From an uncultured delta proteobacterium (GTDB lineage: Bacteria; Desulfobacterota; Binatia; UBA9968): a DNA stretch of 64,000 nucleotides. Of this stretch, positions 51,244 to 61,286 are shown piece by piece; positions within the stretch are counted from its first letter, which is position 1; each line of letters starts with the position of its first letter. The stretch covers positions 1-64,000 of the forward strand of contig CAVYTU010000015.1 in NCBI GenBank assembly GCA_963771465.1. Reading direction: 5' to 3'. The notes beneath the pieces are model-generated. The model searched no databases, was not told where the DNA came from, and saw nothing but the letters and a program-made list of their open reading frames with translations. Position numbers and translations under genes: made by a program.

Positions 51244-51314
51244 TGAGGAGTTGTCCAGGTTATTGTGACGCAGGGAAAGCTTCTTCCCGGTAAACGCCGA
51301 CAAGCGATAAAATC

Positions 51315-52178
51315 ATGGACGAAAGCGTTTTTATCTCGACCCCCGATCACGTCGCCCTCGAGTTCGAGCTCGCCGGACCGGGCTCGCGCTTTTCCGCTTA
51401 CTTGCTCGACTTTTTGTTCAGTGTACTGATCATGATCGCGCTCATCGTAATCACGCTTGTGAGCGGCGCCGCCGGGTTGCGCAGCTTGTTCAACCTATTT
51501 CGCGGCGAAACCGGTTGGATCGCCTCATGGGGCACGGCATTGTTGATTCTCCTGCTATTCGCGATTCATTGGGGTTACTACGTTTTTTTCGAGGGTATGT
51601 GGCATGGTTCGACGCCGGGGAAAAAACGCTTGGGCATCCGGGTAATCCGTCAGGACGGCTTGCCCATCGGCTTTCGCGAAGCGGCGTTGCGCAATCTCTT
51701 GCGCGTCGCCGACATGTTGCCGCCGCCCTGTTACCTCTTGGGCGGACTGGTGGCGCATTTCGACCCCCAGGGCCGGCGCCTTGGCGACATGGTCGCCGGC
51801 ACCTATGTGGTGATGGAGCGATTCGAACCGGCGAACCGCAGCGCTAGCGGCGCGGCCTGGGCCGCGCGCATCGAAAAAGGCCGTTCGCGTCAGGCGGTGA
51901 CATTGCCGCGCGGCACCATCTCGGCGCAACAGATCGGCCTGATCGAACAGTTTCTCGCGCGCCGCCATCAATTGGCTGCCGAACGGCGCCAACAATTAGT
52001 TTGGCAAATCGCCGAACCGCTATTGCCGTTTTTAGGCGAGGATCGCAACGCTTTAGCCAAGAGCCTCGATCGCACCGAACGCTGCGAACGCATCTTATTG
52101 CAAATCATCGATATGGCGCAGTCCAACGAAGCGAAACCCGCTGGCGCTGTCAAAGCGGCCAACCCGTCATTGTTCTGA
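51315..52178 (+). CDS. RDD family membrane protein
   Basis: AGPGSRFSAYLLD, GSTPGKK, LRNLLR..D, RRLGDMVAGT. Confidence 0.9.
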   Translation: MDESVFISTPDHVALEFELAGPGSRFSAYLLDFLFSVLIMIALIVITLVSGAAGLRSLFNLFRGETGWIASWGTALLILLLFAIHWGYYVFFEGMWHGSTPGKKRLGIRVIRQDGLPIGFREAALRNLLRVADMLPPPCYLLGGLVAHFDPQGRRLGDMVAGTYVVMERFEPANRSASGAAWAARIEKGRSRQAVTLPRGTISAQQIGLIEQFLARRHQLAAERRQQLVWQIAEPLLPFLGEDRNALAKSLDRTERCERILLQIIDMAQSNEAKPAGAVKAANPSLF

Positions 52179-52190
52179 GGAATTGAAACT

Positions 52191-53198
52191 ATGGCAGAGC
52201 GCGCCGAAGAAAAACATTTGCAGTGGAACCGCTTCGCCGATCGCGTCGACCGGCTCAACCGCCAAGGTTCGCGCGCCCTCGGTAAACTGAGCAGCGGCGA
52301 ACTGGCCAATCTCATCGACGACTATCAGGCGCTGATCGCCGATCTGGCGCGGGCGCGCTCCATGGGCGCCGATCGCGCCGTCGTCGCGCAACTCAATCGT
52401 ATCGCCGTGGCCGGCCACAATTTGCTTTACGGTCAAATGGCGCGCCAGACGATTGGCGACGACTCGCGCTGGTATTTGAGCTTTGCCCGCGCTGTGCGGC
52501 GCCACAGTTGGGCCGTGGCGCTGTCGGCGCTAATGTTTTTTGGCTCGGCACTGGTGAGCTACGTCGCGGTGCTATTCTATCCTGATTTGGGCTTCGAACT
52601 GCTCGACGACTCGTTTATCGAGTTCGATCCCGCCAGCTCGGAAAATCTTCATGACATCCCGAGTCTTTCACGTCCCATCGTGTCGTCGACGATCATCGCC
52701 AACAACATTCAGGTGACCTTTTTGGCTTTCGGCTTGGGATTGACCGCGGGGATCGGCACCACCGTGCTGCTTGTCTTCAACGGCGTTCATCTCGGTTCAG
52801 TGGCCGGCTGGATGACATTGAACGGCAAACAGCGCGCTCTGTGGGGTTGGATCATGCCCCATGGCGGTACCGAGCTGCTCGCCATTTGCCTCGCCGGGGC
52901 CGCGGGCTATCTGCTCGCTGCCGCCATCGTCGCGCCGGGACTGGTTCGACGCAGCACCGCGCTAAAAGCGATCGGCGGCGACGCGCTGGTCATCGAGCTT
53001 GGCTGCATGGCGATGCTCGTCTTCGCCGGCTTGATCGAAGGCTTCGTCTCACCGAGCGCCATCGACTTTACCACCCGCATCGCCGTCCTGGGACTCAGTC
53101 TCGGGCTATGGGCGGTTTATTTTTGCGCCGCGGGACTAGCAAGTTCCAGCCAACCCGGCGCCGTCGCGGCGAACCATAAGCTTGTTGCCACGCGGTAA
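52191..53198 (+). CDS. Stage II sporulation protein M (SpoIIM/DUF95) family membrane protein
   Basis: IIANNIQV, FNG, IMPHGGTEL, AGLIEGFVSP. Confidence 0.9.
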   Translation: MAERAEEKHLQWNRFADRVDRLNRQGSRALGKLSSGELANLIDDYQALIADLARARSMGADRAVVAQLNRIAVAGHNLLYGQMARQTIGDDSRWYLSFARAVRRHSWAVALSALMFFGSALVSYVAVLFYPDLGFELLDDSFIEFDPASSENLHDIPSLSRPIVSSTIIANNIQVTFLAFGLGLTAGIGTTVLLVFNGVHLGSVAGWMTLNGKQRALWGWIMPHGGTELLAICLAGAAGYLLAAAIVAPGLVRRSTALKAIGGDALVIELGCMAMLVFAGLIEGFVSPSAIDFTTRIAVLGLSLGLWAVYFCAAGLASSSQPGAVAANHKLVATR

Positions 53199-53307
53199 CT
53201 CTGCCGACGGCGCGAATCGATTGCCGCCGCCGTGTTGAAGATCAATGTCGCAGCGTGTTATTCAACCGACGAACCATTACCTGACCCTCCTGACCTCCTG
53301 ACTCATC

Positions 53308-54940
53308 ATGCCGCGCTCGTACAATCGTTTCATCATGCTGATCGGTGCATTGCTGATCTTGCTGGTGGCGATGACGTTCTTGTACATGCTCGGCATGTAT
53401 TTCCTTGAAGGTAAATCGCGCGGCTTCTGGCAAGCGCTGCAATGGGCCGCCGGCACGGCGTCGACCACCGGCTACGGCGGCGACACGTCGTGGAGTCATC
53501 CCGTGATGGTTGTCTACGTGGTCTGCGCGCAGTTTATCGGCGTGATCCTGTTGTTTTTAGTTTTCCCCATCTATCTGATTCCGTTTCTCGAAGAACGATT
53601 CGAAACACGCCTGCCCAAGGATGCCGCCAACGCGAAAAATCATGTGGTCATTTTCGACTACGGCCCGGCTGTCGCTACGCTGCTAACCGAACTCGAACAG
53701 GCCGATATCGCCACCGTGGTCATCGATGAAGATGAAGCCGATGCGCGTCATCTCATGGAGCAAGGGCATCACGTGATATTCGGCAACCTCGACGAAGGCG
53801 TATTGCAGAAAAGTAACTTGAATCAAGCGCGCGCGCTGATCGTCAACAGCACGGACGACCGCAACGCCGCGACCATCCTCGCCGCGCGCCAGCTCGGTTA
53901 CCAGGGAGAAATCCTCGCCCTGGTGGAAGATCCGTTTCACCGCCAACCGATCATCCTCGCCGGTGCCAGCGGCGCCTACACGCCGCGTCATGTGCTCGGC
54001 GCCGCGCTGGCCGCGCGCGCCAGCCAAAAAGTCAGCCCGACGGTGGCGGGCATTCAGCATCTCGGCAACAAACTGCAAGTCGCCGAAGCGCGCATTACGC
54101 GCGATAGCGTACTCAGCGGCAAGACCCTCGCCGAGGCCGATCTTGGCCAACACCCTGGCGTGACCGTCATCGGTCAATGGGTCGGCGGCAAACTAATTTC
54201 ACCGCCAACGCCCGATATGCGCCTCGAACCCGGCGGCATTTTGATTTTGCTGGGCAACGACGCGAGCATTCAAAATTTTATGAATCTTTGCGCAGGAACA
54301 AAGCAGCTGCATCGTGACAGGCCGTTCCTGATCGCCGGCGGCGGCGAGGTCGGAAGAAAAGTCGCGGAACTGCTCGCCGACGCGGGTGAAGAGACTTTCA
54401 TCATCGATCACCAGCCCGGACCCGACGGTGAATTTGGTGGGCAATGTTTTGGACACACAGATATTGAAACAAGCCGGAATAGACAATGTGCAAGCGGTGA
54501 TCCTCGCGCTTAGCGCGGATTCGACCACGCTTTTTGCCACCGTGATCATCAAAGACTTGGCGCCCGACCTGCCGGTGATCGCGCGCGTCAATGGCGCCGA
54601 AAACGTCGAAAGAATCTACGCCGCCGGCGCCGACTTCGCGCTCTCGATCAGCCAAGTTTCGGGACAATTGCTCGCCTGGCGCTTGCTCGGCAAGGAGTCC
54701 GTCGCCATTGATCCGGAGTTGCGCGTGATCAAAGTTTCAACCCGCGGCCTGGAAAAATTCCATCCTAAACAATTCGAGCTGCGTGACAAAACCGGTTGCA
54801 CCCTAGTCGCCGTCGAGCGCGGCGACGAGCTGATCGTGGAATTTGGCGCTGATTTCAAATTTGCCCCGAGTGACGCCGTCTACATCTGCGGCAGCGCCGA
54901 AGCCGCGCGGAAGTTCTACCAACTATTTCCGCAGGAATAA
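53308..54940 (+). CDS. 2-TM potassium channel with tandem RCK (TrkA-N/TrkA-C) domains, 1-nt frameshift near 54424-54428
   Basis: Filter STTGYGGD; HVVIFDYG and IAGGGEVG Rossmann motifs; IYAAGADFALS. Confidence 0.85.
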
Positions 54941-54983
54941 GCCCGGACAAATTCGCCGAATTCGAATCTCCTGCTTTCGCTAA

Positions 54984-56042
54984 TTAACCCCGCGGCGCGA
55001 GGATGGGTTTGAGCTTCGCCTTGAGCGGCGCCGGCATGGACAACCCTTCGACGATCATTTTGTGCAGCTCGGTACCGGCGATTGGGTTCACGGTCAACCT
55101 GGTTTTCTCCGCTTCGGCGAGGAACTCCGGATCTTTTAACGACTTGAGAAACGCCGCTTGCACCGCGCGCACGCGATCCAACGGCACGCCAGGCGGCATT
55201 ACGTAGGGGCGGGCGTAACTGTTCGGCTTGACCAGACCGAGCTTCAACATCTGCCGCTCTTCGTCGTTGCGCGCGAAGTTATAGATCGACGGGACATTTT
55301 TCTGCGGCAGGTCGGTCAGTGGCTCGTCGACCCACTGCGACAAAATCAGCCATTCGCCGCTCTCGAAGTCCTTGAAGTTGGAAACGCTTAACGTCTCCCA
55401 ACCGGTGATCACGCTGTTCACTTCATCCGACTGCATCGCCAGACGAATCTCCGCAGTGCCTTTGAAGCCGGCAACCAATTTCACCTTGGCTCCCAGCACT
55501 TCCTTAAGAAACAGCGCCGAATGTTGGATGCTGGTATTGGGCACCGCGCCGACGACGACTTCTTTGGCGCCGGTCATGAAGTCTTCCATCTTGACGATAC
55601 CGGAACGTTTCGTAACCACCATGATGTATTTGAAAATATCCGGCGCGCCGATGTAGTTGAACTTCGCCAGATCGAATTGCACGGCCGAAGAGCCATAGAG
55701 CTGCGACGGCAAGAGCCCGCCGTCGAAGCTGTTTACGACGGTGCCGTCCTTGGGCGCCTGATTATAAGTGTAGTTGGCGGAAACCATCGTCCCGGCACCG
55801 ACCATGTTGTTGACGAGAACTGCCGGATTGCCGGGGATGTACTTGCCGAGATGGCGCGCGATCGCGCGCCCGTAGCGATCAAACCCGCCCCCTGCCGAAT
55901 GGCCAACGACAATGGTAACGGTCTTGCCACGATAAAAATTAGCAACCGCTTTCTCGTCGAATCCCGCCTGGCCGGCAAGCGCGCAGCGGGCGGCAAACAA
56001 ACCGATCGTTACAGTCAAACCCAACGAAACTTTGCGTTTCAC
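54984..56042 (-). CDS. TctC/Bug family substrate-binding protein (orphan)
   Basis: SAGGGFDRYGR, NMVGAG, APKDGT, PPGVP, LKDPEF. Confidence 0.9.
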   Translation of the reverse strand: MKRKVSLGLTVTIGLFAARCALAGQAGFDEKAVANFYRGKTVTIVVGHSAGGGFDRYGRAIARHLGKYIPGNPAVLVNNMVGAGTMVSANYTYNQAPKDGTVVNSFDGGLLPSQLYGSSAVQFDLAKFNYIGAPDIFKYIMVVTKRSGIVKMEDFMTGAKEVVVGAVPNTSIQHSALFLKEVLGAKVKLVAGFKGTAEIRLAMQSDEVNSVITGWETLSVSNFKDFESGEWLILSQWVDEPLTDLPQKNVPSIYNFARNDEERQMLKLGLVKPNSYARPYVMPPGVPLDRVRAVQAAFLKSLKDPEFLAEAEKTRLTVNPIAGTELHKMIVEGLSMPAPLKAKLKPILAPRG

Positions 56043-56070
56043 GATCGCCTCCGATCACCATTGCATGAAC

Positions 56071-56120
56071 TGGAGTAATTTGTCCCGGAACCCAGCACTC
56101 CACTATTCCAATATTCCAAC
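56071..56120. repeat. 8-nt periodic palindromic remnant
   Basis: TGGAGTA ... CACTCCACTATTCCAATATTCCAAC; contains the stop codon (56103) of the upstream gene. Confidence 0.55.
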
Positions 56121-56753
56121 TTTCCCCGCCGCGAGTTTTTTTACCAGCGTCTGCGAATCCATCACCACGCCAAAATGCTTGTCGAAGTTATTGAGCGTCG
56201 CGGCGTGCTCTTGCGGCGAAAACGAAGCGTTGCAATCCGACAGAAACAACACTTTGAAATCGCGCATGGCGCCGTCGCGCGCCGTGCTGTCGCAGCATAC
56301 GTTGGTCGCCACGCCGGTGATCGCGATGGTATCGCGTTTCATGGCGCGCAAAAGATTCTCCAACTGCGTGCCGTAAAAACCGCTGTAGCGAAATTTTTTA
56401 ACGAGAATATCGTCCGCCGTCGGTTTTATCGGCTCATAGATTTCCGCGCCCGGACTGCCTTCGAAGTTGCTCCACTCATCGTCGGCGTCGTGGGTCTGCG
56501 GCTTAACGTCGGCGAAAATACCGACATCGGCCAAGTCTTTGCGCTTGGTCGTGTGCAAATAGATCACCGGAATTTTCTCGACGTGGCAGAAATCCAGCAG
56601 CCTGCGAATATTCGCGACAATATCCTCCGACGACGGCAAGTAGCGCGCGCCGCGCGGATGCACCCAGATATTCTGCATATCGACGACGATCAACGCGGTA
56701 TTTTTCGCCGTAACCGGCCAATGATCGGCTGGCCGGCCTTGAGTTGCAGTCAT
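56103..56753 (-). CDS. Isochorismatase-family cysteine hydrolase (RutB/nicotinamidase-like)
   Basis: ALIVVDMQN, KFRYSGF, GVATNVCCDSTARD triad; AAGGAGG RBS. Confidence 0.9.
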   Translation of the reverse strand: MTATQGRPADHWPVTAKNTALIVVDMQNIWVHPRGARYLPSSEDIVANIRRLLDFCHVEKIPVIYLHTTKRKDLADVGIFADVKPQTHDADDEWSNFEGSPGAEIYEPIKPTADDILVKKFRYSGFYGTQLENLLRAMKRDTIAITGVATNVCCDSTARDGAMRDFKVLFLSDCNASFSPQEHAATLNNFDKHFGVVMDSQTLVKKLAAGKVGILE

Positions 56754-56898
56754 ATTTCCTCCTTTAAGATAGCAATCGGGTGACGTTGCGGGCATCTAAG
56801 CAGCGCGGCAGCGGCCTGTCAATGCGAGGTTGGTCCAAGTCGGTGGACACGCTCTCGGCGTCTATGCTAGCGTGCCGCATCGAGACGCACTAAACCCC

Positions 56899-57537
56899 AT
56901 GGCTCGCGCGAACCCAAAGAAAAAACCCGTCCACTTCTCCATGCTGCGCGATTATCGCGCCGCCGATCTGATCACTCTGGCGAATGGCGGCGCCGGCATG
57001 GGCGCCGTGTTGAGCATGATGAGTTACTCGAACAGTCCGGAAGCCTGGCGTGTCTACTTGTCTGTCGCTCTGATCGCACTCGCACTATTATTCGATTTCG
57101 CCGATGGCCGGGTCGCGCGCCGGCGCGGCGAGCACTCACCCTTCGGCCAAGAACTGGATTCTCTTGCCGATACCGTTAGCTTCGGCGTGGCGCCCGCTAC
57201 GCTCGGTTACGGCTTAGGCTTGCGCGGCGAGCTCGATATCATGATTTTGATCTTCTTTGTCGCCTGCGGCATCAGCCGGCTGGCGCGTTACAACGTCACT
57301 GCGGGTCAATTGAGCGACGACACGGGTAAAGTGAAATACTTCGAAGGCACGCCGATTCCTTCGAGCGTGGTCTTGGTCGCACTGCTGGCTTTGTGCTTTT
57401 ACTTCCAACGCACCGGTGAGTATTTACCCATGGGCAGAATTGAGATCGCGAGCCTCGGCTTTCATCCGTTTGCGCTGCTGTTTTTTGCCAACGGTTGTAC
57501 CATGATCAGCAAAACGCTGAAGATTCCAAAGCTGTAA
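56899..57537 (+). CDS. pssA: CDP-diacylglycerol--serine O-phosphatidyltransferase
   Basis: DFADGRVAR...GQELDSLADTVSFGVAP, RLARYN, FEGTPIP. Confidence 0.85.
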   Translation: MARANPKKKPVHFSMLRDYRAADLITLANGGAGMGAVLSMMSYSNSPEAWRVYLSVALIALALLFDFADGRVARRRGEHSPFGQELDSLADTVSFGVAPATLGYGLGLRGELDIMILIFFVACGISRLARYNVTAGQLSDDTGKVKYFEGTPIPSSVVLVALLALCFYFQRTGEYLPMGRIEIASLGFHPFALLFFANGCTMISKTLKIPKL

Positions 57538-57565
57538 AACTTACCTCGGTCGCCACGAGAGAAAC

Positions 57566-58542
57566 ATGCAGCGGTGGAAAGCGATTTTTTGTTTGGCTCT
57601 CGTATCCGGCTGTTACGTGACGACCGATCGGCTTGCCGCCCAGGAACGCGTGCGGGTGGCGATTTCGAATTTTTCCGCGTCCTACATTTCCATGCACATC
57701 GCCCAGAAGCGCGGCTTTTACGCCGAAGAAGGCATGATCGTGGAGATCATCCTGATGGCCGGGCTCACCAGCACGCGCGCGTTGATCGGCAACAGCGTCG
57801 AGCTCGGCTCAGCGAGCAATCCGACCGCCGCCGTGCAAGGCGCCAAGTTAAAAATCCTAATGGTGTTCAACGACAAACCGCCGGGCGGATTCATGGCGCA
57901 GCCCGGCATCAAGAGCATCGCCGAATTGCGCGGCAAACGGGTCGGCGGCTCCACGGTCGGCAGCTTGGATTACGGCTGGTTAAAAGAAGTGCTGCCGAAG
58001 TTCGGCTTGCAGCTTGAGAAGGACGTGAACTTCGTTCCGGTGGGATCGACCAGCTCGCGCTACACGGCGCTCAGAGCGGGCAGCATCGACGCCGCTTCTT
58101 TGAGTCCGCCTTCGAGCCTATTGGCTCACGTCCGCGGGTTATCCGACTTTGTTTCAGTTCGCCGATCACCTGGAAGACATCCAAGCCTCCATCGTCGCCA
58201 CCGACGATCGGCTCGCGCGCCAAGGCGATTTAGTGCGCCGCTTCATGCGCGCGACGGTCAAAGGGCAGCGGTTTACTATCTGGCCAATCGCCAGGAGGGC
58301 ATCACGGCGGTGATGGAATTCACCCGCCAGAAAGACCGCGATTTGATGTCGCGGGTCTACGACGATCACATGAAAACCATCGCCCGCGACGGCACGATTC
58401 CCGAACGCTTCAGCGCATCGTCATCGAGCGCAGCAAACGATTTACCGGCGTGACCCGCGATGTGCCTCCCGAGGAGATTTTTGATTTTTCCTTTTTGCGC
58501 AAGGCGCAAGCGGAAGTCAGTCAGAGCGGCTGGAAGCCGTAG
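57566..58542 (+). pseudogene. SsuA/NMT1-family ABC substrate-binding protein, several frameshifts (about 58130-58410)
   Basis: Signal peptide, GFYAEEG, IKSIAELRGKRVG; C-terminal IFDFSFLRKAQAE in another frame ending at TAG 58542. May be sequencing errors. Confidence 0.75.
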
Positions 58543-58589
58543 CGATACGGGCAGGTTTTCGAATCCGCCCGGACAATTTAGAAAATATT

Positions 58590-58617
58590 TTTGCGCACTT
58601 TGCGTATTTTGCGCGCC
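58590..58617. repeat. 9-nt periodic half-element (TTTGCG type)
   Basis: TTTGCGCACTTTGCGTATTTTGCGCGCC between convergent genes. Confidence 0.5.
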
Positions 58618-58693
58618 AATTGATCCTGGCTTCCGTCCGAAGGCACGATGAATCACGCCCCTACATGACCTTTGTATCTCTTGGCTGATTCTT

Positions 58694-59593
58694 CTATTTC
58701 AACCATCCCGCTTCTTGATAAGCTTTGAGCGCGCCGGGATGTAACTCCACGCCGCCGAACTCAAACGCCGCCGAGCCTTTCGTGCGCAGCGGTTCGAACA
58801 AATCTTTCAGCCCTTTGAACAACGGGTTCATTTGCGGCAGCGCGTCGAGATGACTCGCGATGGTTTTCGCCATGTCGTGGACGATCCGTTCGTCAACGCT
58901 GGCATGGGTCACGATCACATTGATCACGCCGACCTGGGTGATGTCTTCGAGCACGCCGCGGAAGGCATTCTTTTCAATCGTAACCGGGCGATAGAACGGG
59001 ACTTGGGCAAACAACCTGTCGAGTTGGCCGGCACCGAAGGGAATCACGCGGATATCGGCCCGCTGGCTCAAGTCGGTGAGAACCTGGTTGGGAATCGGCG
59101 GGTGAAATTGCGCATCGATTTTGCCACTGACCAGCGCTTCAGCGCCATCGACGAAGCTCATGTGCACCGCTGTAAAACTGTCGAAGGAAATCCCCAACAC
59201 GTCGAAGATCGTATGAATATGCTGCTCCATGCCGCTGCCTTTTGCGCCGATGGCGATGCGCTTGCCTTTGAAGTCGGCGACCGAGTGAATCGGCGCGTTG
59301 GCGAGTCTGACGAAACACATCGGCCCGGCGTTGGCCGGCGCGACCATACGAATATCGATTTTCTTAGTGAACGGCGCCGCGGCGGTTTTCGCCCGGCCGA
59401 TCCAGTTAGACGCCATGAAGCCAAACTCGATCTCTCCGCGATCGAGCTGCTCGGCGTTGTGGATGCTCGCATCGCTGGTCACGACGTTGCATTGATCCGT
59501 CGCACCACGGCCACGATTGAATAGCTCCGCCAGCGCTTGGCCCTGAGTGTAAAACGTTCCGCCTAGTTCTGAAGTGCCGATCCGTATCGCCAT
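58694..59593 (-). CDS. TAXI-family TRAP solute-binding protein lacking a signal peptide
   Basis: IGTSELGGTFY, FKGKRIAIGAKGSG, LHPGALKAY; GGAGG RBS before MAIRIG. Confidence 0.85.
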   Translation of the reverse strand: MAIRIGTSELGGTFYTQGQALAELFNRGRGATDQCNVVTSDASIHNAEQLDRGEIEFGFMASNWIGRAKTAAAPFTKKIDIRMVAPANAGPMCFVRLANAPIHSVADFKGKRIAIGAKGSGMEQHIHTIFDVLGISFDSFTAVHMSFVDGAEALVSGKIDAQFHPPIPNQVLTDLSQRADIRVIPFGAGQLDRLFAQVPFYRPVTIEKNAFRGVLEDITQVGVINVIVTHASVDERIVHDMAKTIASHLDALPQMNPLFKGLKDLFEPLRTKGSAAFEFGGVELHPGALKAYQEAGWLK

Positions 59594-59820
59594 TTTTGGT
59601 CTTACCTCCGGAATTCCTATTACTTGCTTTCCTCTATCTCGATCGGCGCGCGGCTGCAAATCAATACTACCCGTACGGGTCGCCAGACCGCCATGCGACT
59701 CCAACTTGACGCCGACTCACCGGCTGTAATAGTTTCCAATCGACGCGGCAGCTTTGATGCAAAGTCGCAGCGGCTCCACTCATCAAGATAAAACTCATCC
59801 TGCAAACAGAAGGAGCATTT

Positions 59821-60129
59821 ATGGCCATTATCGATTTAGATTCCCATCTGCGCGACGGTTGGTTGCTCGATGAAATCTATCAACTGCCCGAACCCTACGC
59901 AAAATATTCACCGCGACGGATCGGCGACGGCGGCAAGGCGCTGATCGATTTTTTCCTTGGCGAGGAAAACACGCGTATTCTCGCCAAGGCCGGCGAGTTC
60001 GCCACGCGCAAAGGCATCCACCCGCCGGTGCCCGACGCCGACAAGATCCAAGGCGTCGAGATGGACGACTTCGACGCCAATGAATTCAAAGAGAAAAGCC
60101 GAGAGCTGCAGAAAATCTTTTTGAAATAG
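59821..60129 (+). pseudogene. Chimeric ORF: amidohydrolase N-terminus fused to an SBP C-terminus
   Basis: MAIIDLDSH (amidohydrolase beta1 metal motif) joined near 59930 to GKALIDFFLGEE...QKIFLK (resembles an Fe-type SBP C-terminus). Confidence 0.6.
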
Positions 60130-60147
60130 CCCGAAGGAGTCGCGATC

Positions 60148-60537
60148 ATGCGAGAATATTTGTCCGGCGACACGCGTCAGCGTCAGCGCGCTTACTCTCC
60201 TGCCGTCAAGGTAAGTGGCGGCACCACGATCTACCTTGCCGGACACGCCGGTTATCAAGACGATCTCGGCGAAACCTATCCGGGCAACTTCGACGGACAA
60301 GTTCGCGTCGCATTCGAACGGCTACGCCAGACGCTGGAAAAAGCCGGTGGCAAGTTGACAGATATCGTCACCATGACCGTGTTCATCACCGACATGGCCA
60401 ACGGCACCCGCTTCACCCAGCTTCGCAAAGATTTTTTTTCAGATGACCGTTATCCTGCCAGCGCGCTGATCGGCATCAAGGAACTGGCACGGCCGGAAAT
60501 GATGATCGAGATCCAAGCCATCGCCGTGGTGGACTAA
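60148..60537 (+). CDS. RidA/YjgF family protein
   Basis: AYSPAV, IYLAG, DIVTMTVF, PASALIG, IEIQAIA. Confidence 0.9.
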   Translation: MREYLSGDTRQRQRAYSPAVKVSGGTTIYLAGHAGYQDDLGETYPGNFDGQVRVAFERLRQTLEKAGGKLTDIVTMTVFITDMANGTRFTQLRKDFFSDDRYPASALIGIKELARPEMMIEIQAIAVVD

Positions 60538-60548
60538 GATGCGACAAT

Positions 60549-60704
60549 AAAATCCCAAATCCGAAATTCGAAAAAATCCAAATGGTCAAAATGTACAAAA
60601 TTTCAAACCAGTTTCCTTCCGATTCGGTGTTTTGGATTTTCCCAATATGAGATATATTTCTCTCTGAGTTTGTTTCGGATTTCGATATTCGGATTTCGGA
60701 TTTT
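60549..60704. repeat. AT-rich palindromic element (family B), copy 2
   Basis: AAAATCCCAAATCCGAAATTCG ... CGGATTTCGATATTCGGATTTCGGATTTT; its reverse complement aligns with 6264-6434 including the interior. Confidence 0.85.
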
Positions 60705-60731
60705 GCGTCGGTATTTACAAGGAGGTGGATT

Positions 60732-61100
60732 ATGGGATCGCCGCTCAAAGTTTCGGGTATCGACCACGTCGTCTTTCACGTCAAAGATCTCGCCCGTGCG
60801 CGAAAGTTCTACGTCGACTTCCTCGGTATGGAAGTCGATCATGAACGCGACTGGCAATGTTTCTTGAAATGCGGCAGCCAGGGCGTTGCGCTGTTCGAAG
60901 TCGACGGCGGCAACGACGTTCACGGTGGCAGCGAAGTCAATCACATGGCGCTGCGCTTGGCGGATGGCGACTACGCCCGCGTCAAAACGACGTTGGAGAA
61001 TGCCGGCATCGAAGTCCACGGCCGCCGCGGCGACCCGCACTGCATCTATTTCCACGACCCCGACGGCCATCAGCTTCAGCTATTGATGCCAAACGAATAA
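60732..61100 (+). CDS. VOC/glyoxalase family protein
   Basis: IDHVVFHVKDL..ARKFY, NHMAL, YFHDPDGHQLQL; AAGGAGG RBS. Confidence 0.9.
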   Translation: MGSPLKVSGIDHVVFHVKDLARARKFYVDFLGMEVDHERDWQCFLKCGSQGVALFEVDGGNDVHGGSEVNHMALRLADGDYARVKTTLENAGIEVHGRRGDPHCIYFHDPDGHQLQLLMPNE

Positions 61101-61286
61101 CCGGACCAGTCTCGAGAGCTCGGTCAACTCTCGTGGGACAGGGACTATGTGTTCTCGGACGATAGTTTTTAGTCCTGGTGTAATCGCGCAGTTTTCCGAA
61201 CAAATCGAGAAACGTTGATCTCGATGTAGGATATAAATCCCACTGACGCTTGCTTTTCGCCAGCTTAAGCTCGACCCTGATCGCCT

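Noticed and set aside
52191-53198. Sporulation function from the SpoIIM label
   Set aside because: The family is widespread in non-sporulating bacteria within MoxR operons, and no other sporulation genes are present.
2198-58542. Many frameshifted genes (permease, SBP, UbiD, bicupin, tctC/A/B, K+ channel) as programmed frameshifting or genome decay
   Set aside because: They are single-base indels in otherwise intact genes with no shared slippery motif, typical of unpolished long-read consensus. Read data are needed.
60476-60867. ORFs with ISKSET/RISIFGFRI-type sequence (also 4989-5171)
   Set aside because: Spurious translations of the 7-/9-mer repeat elements.
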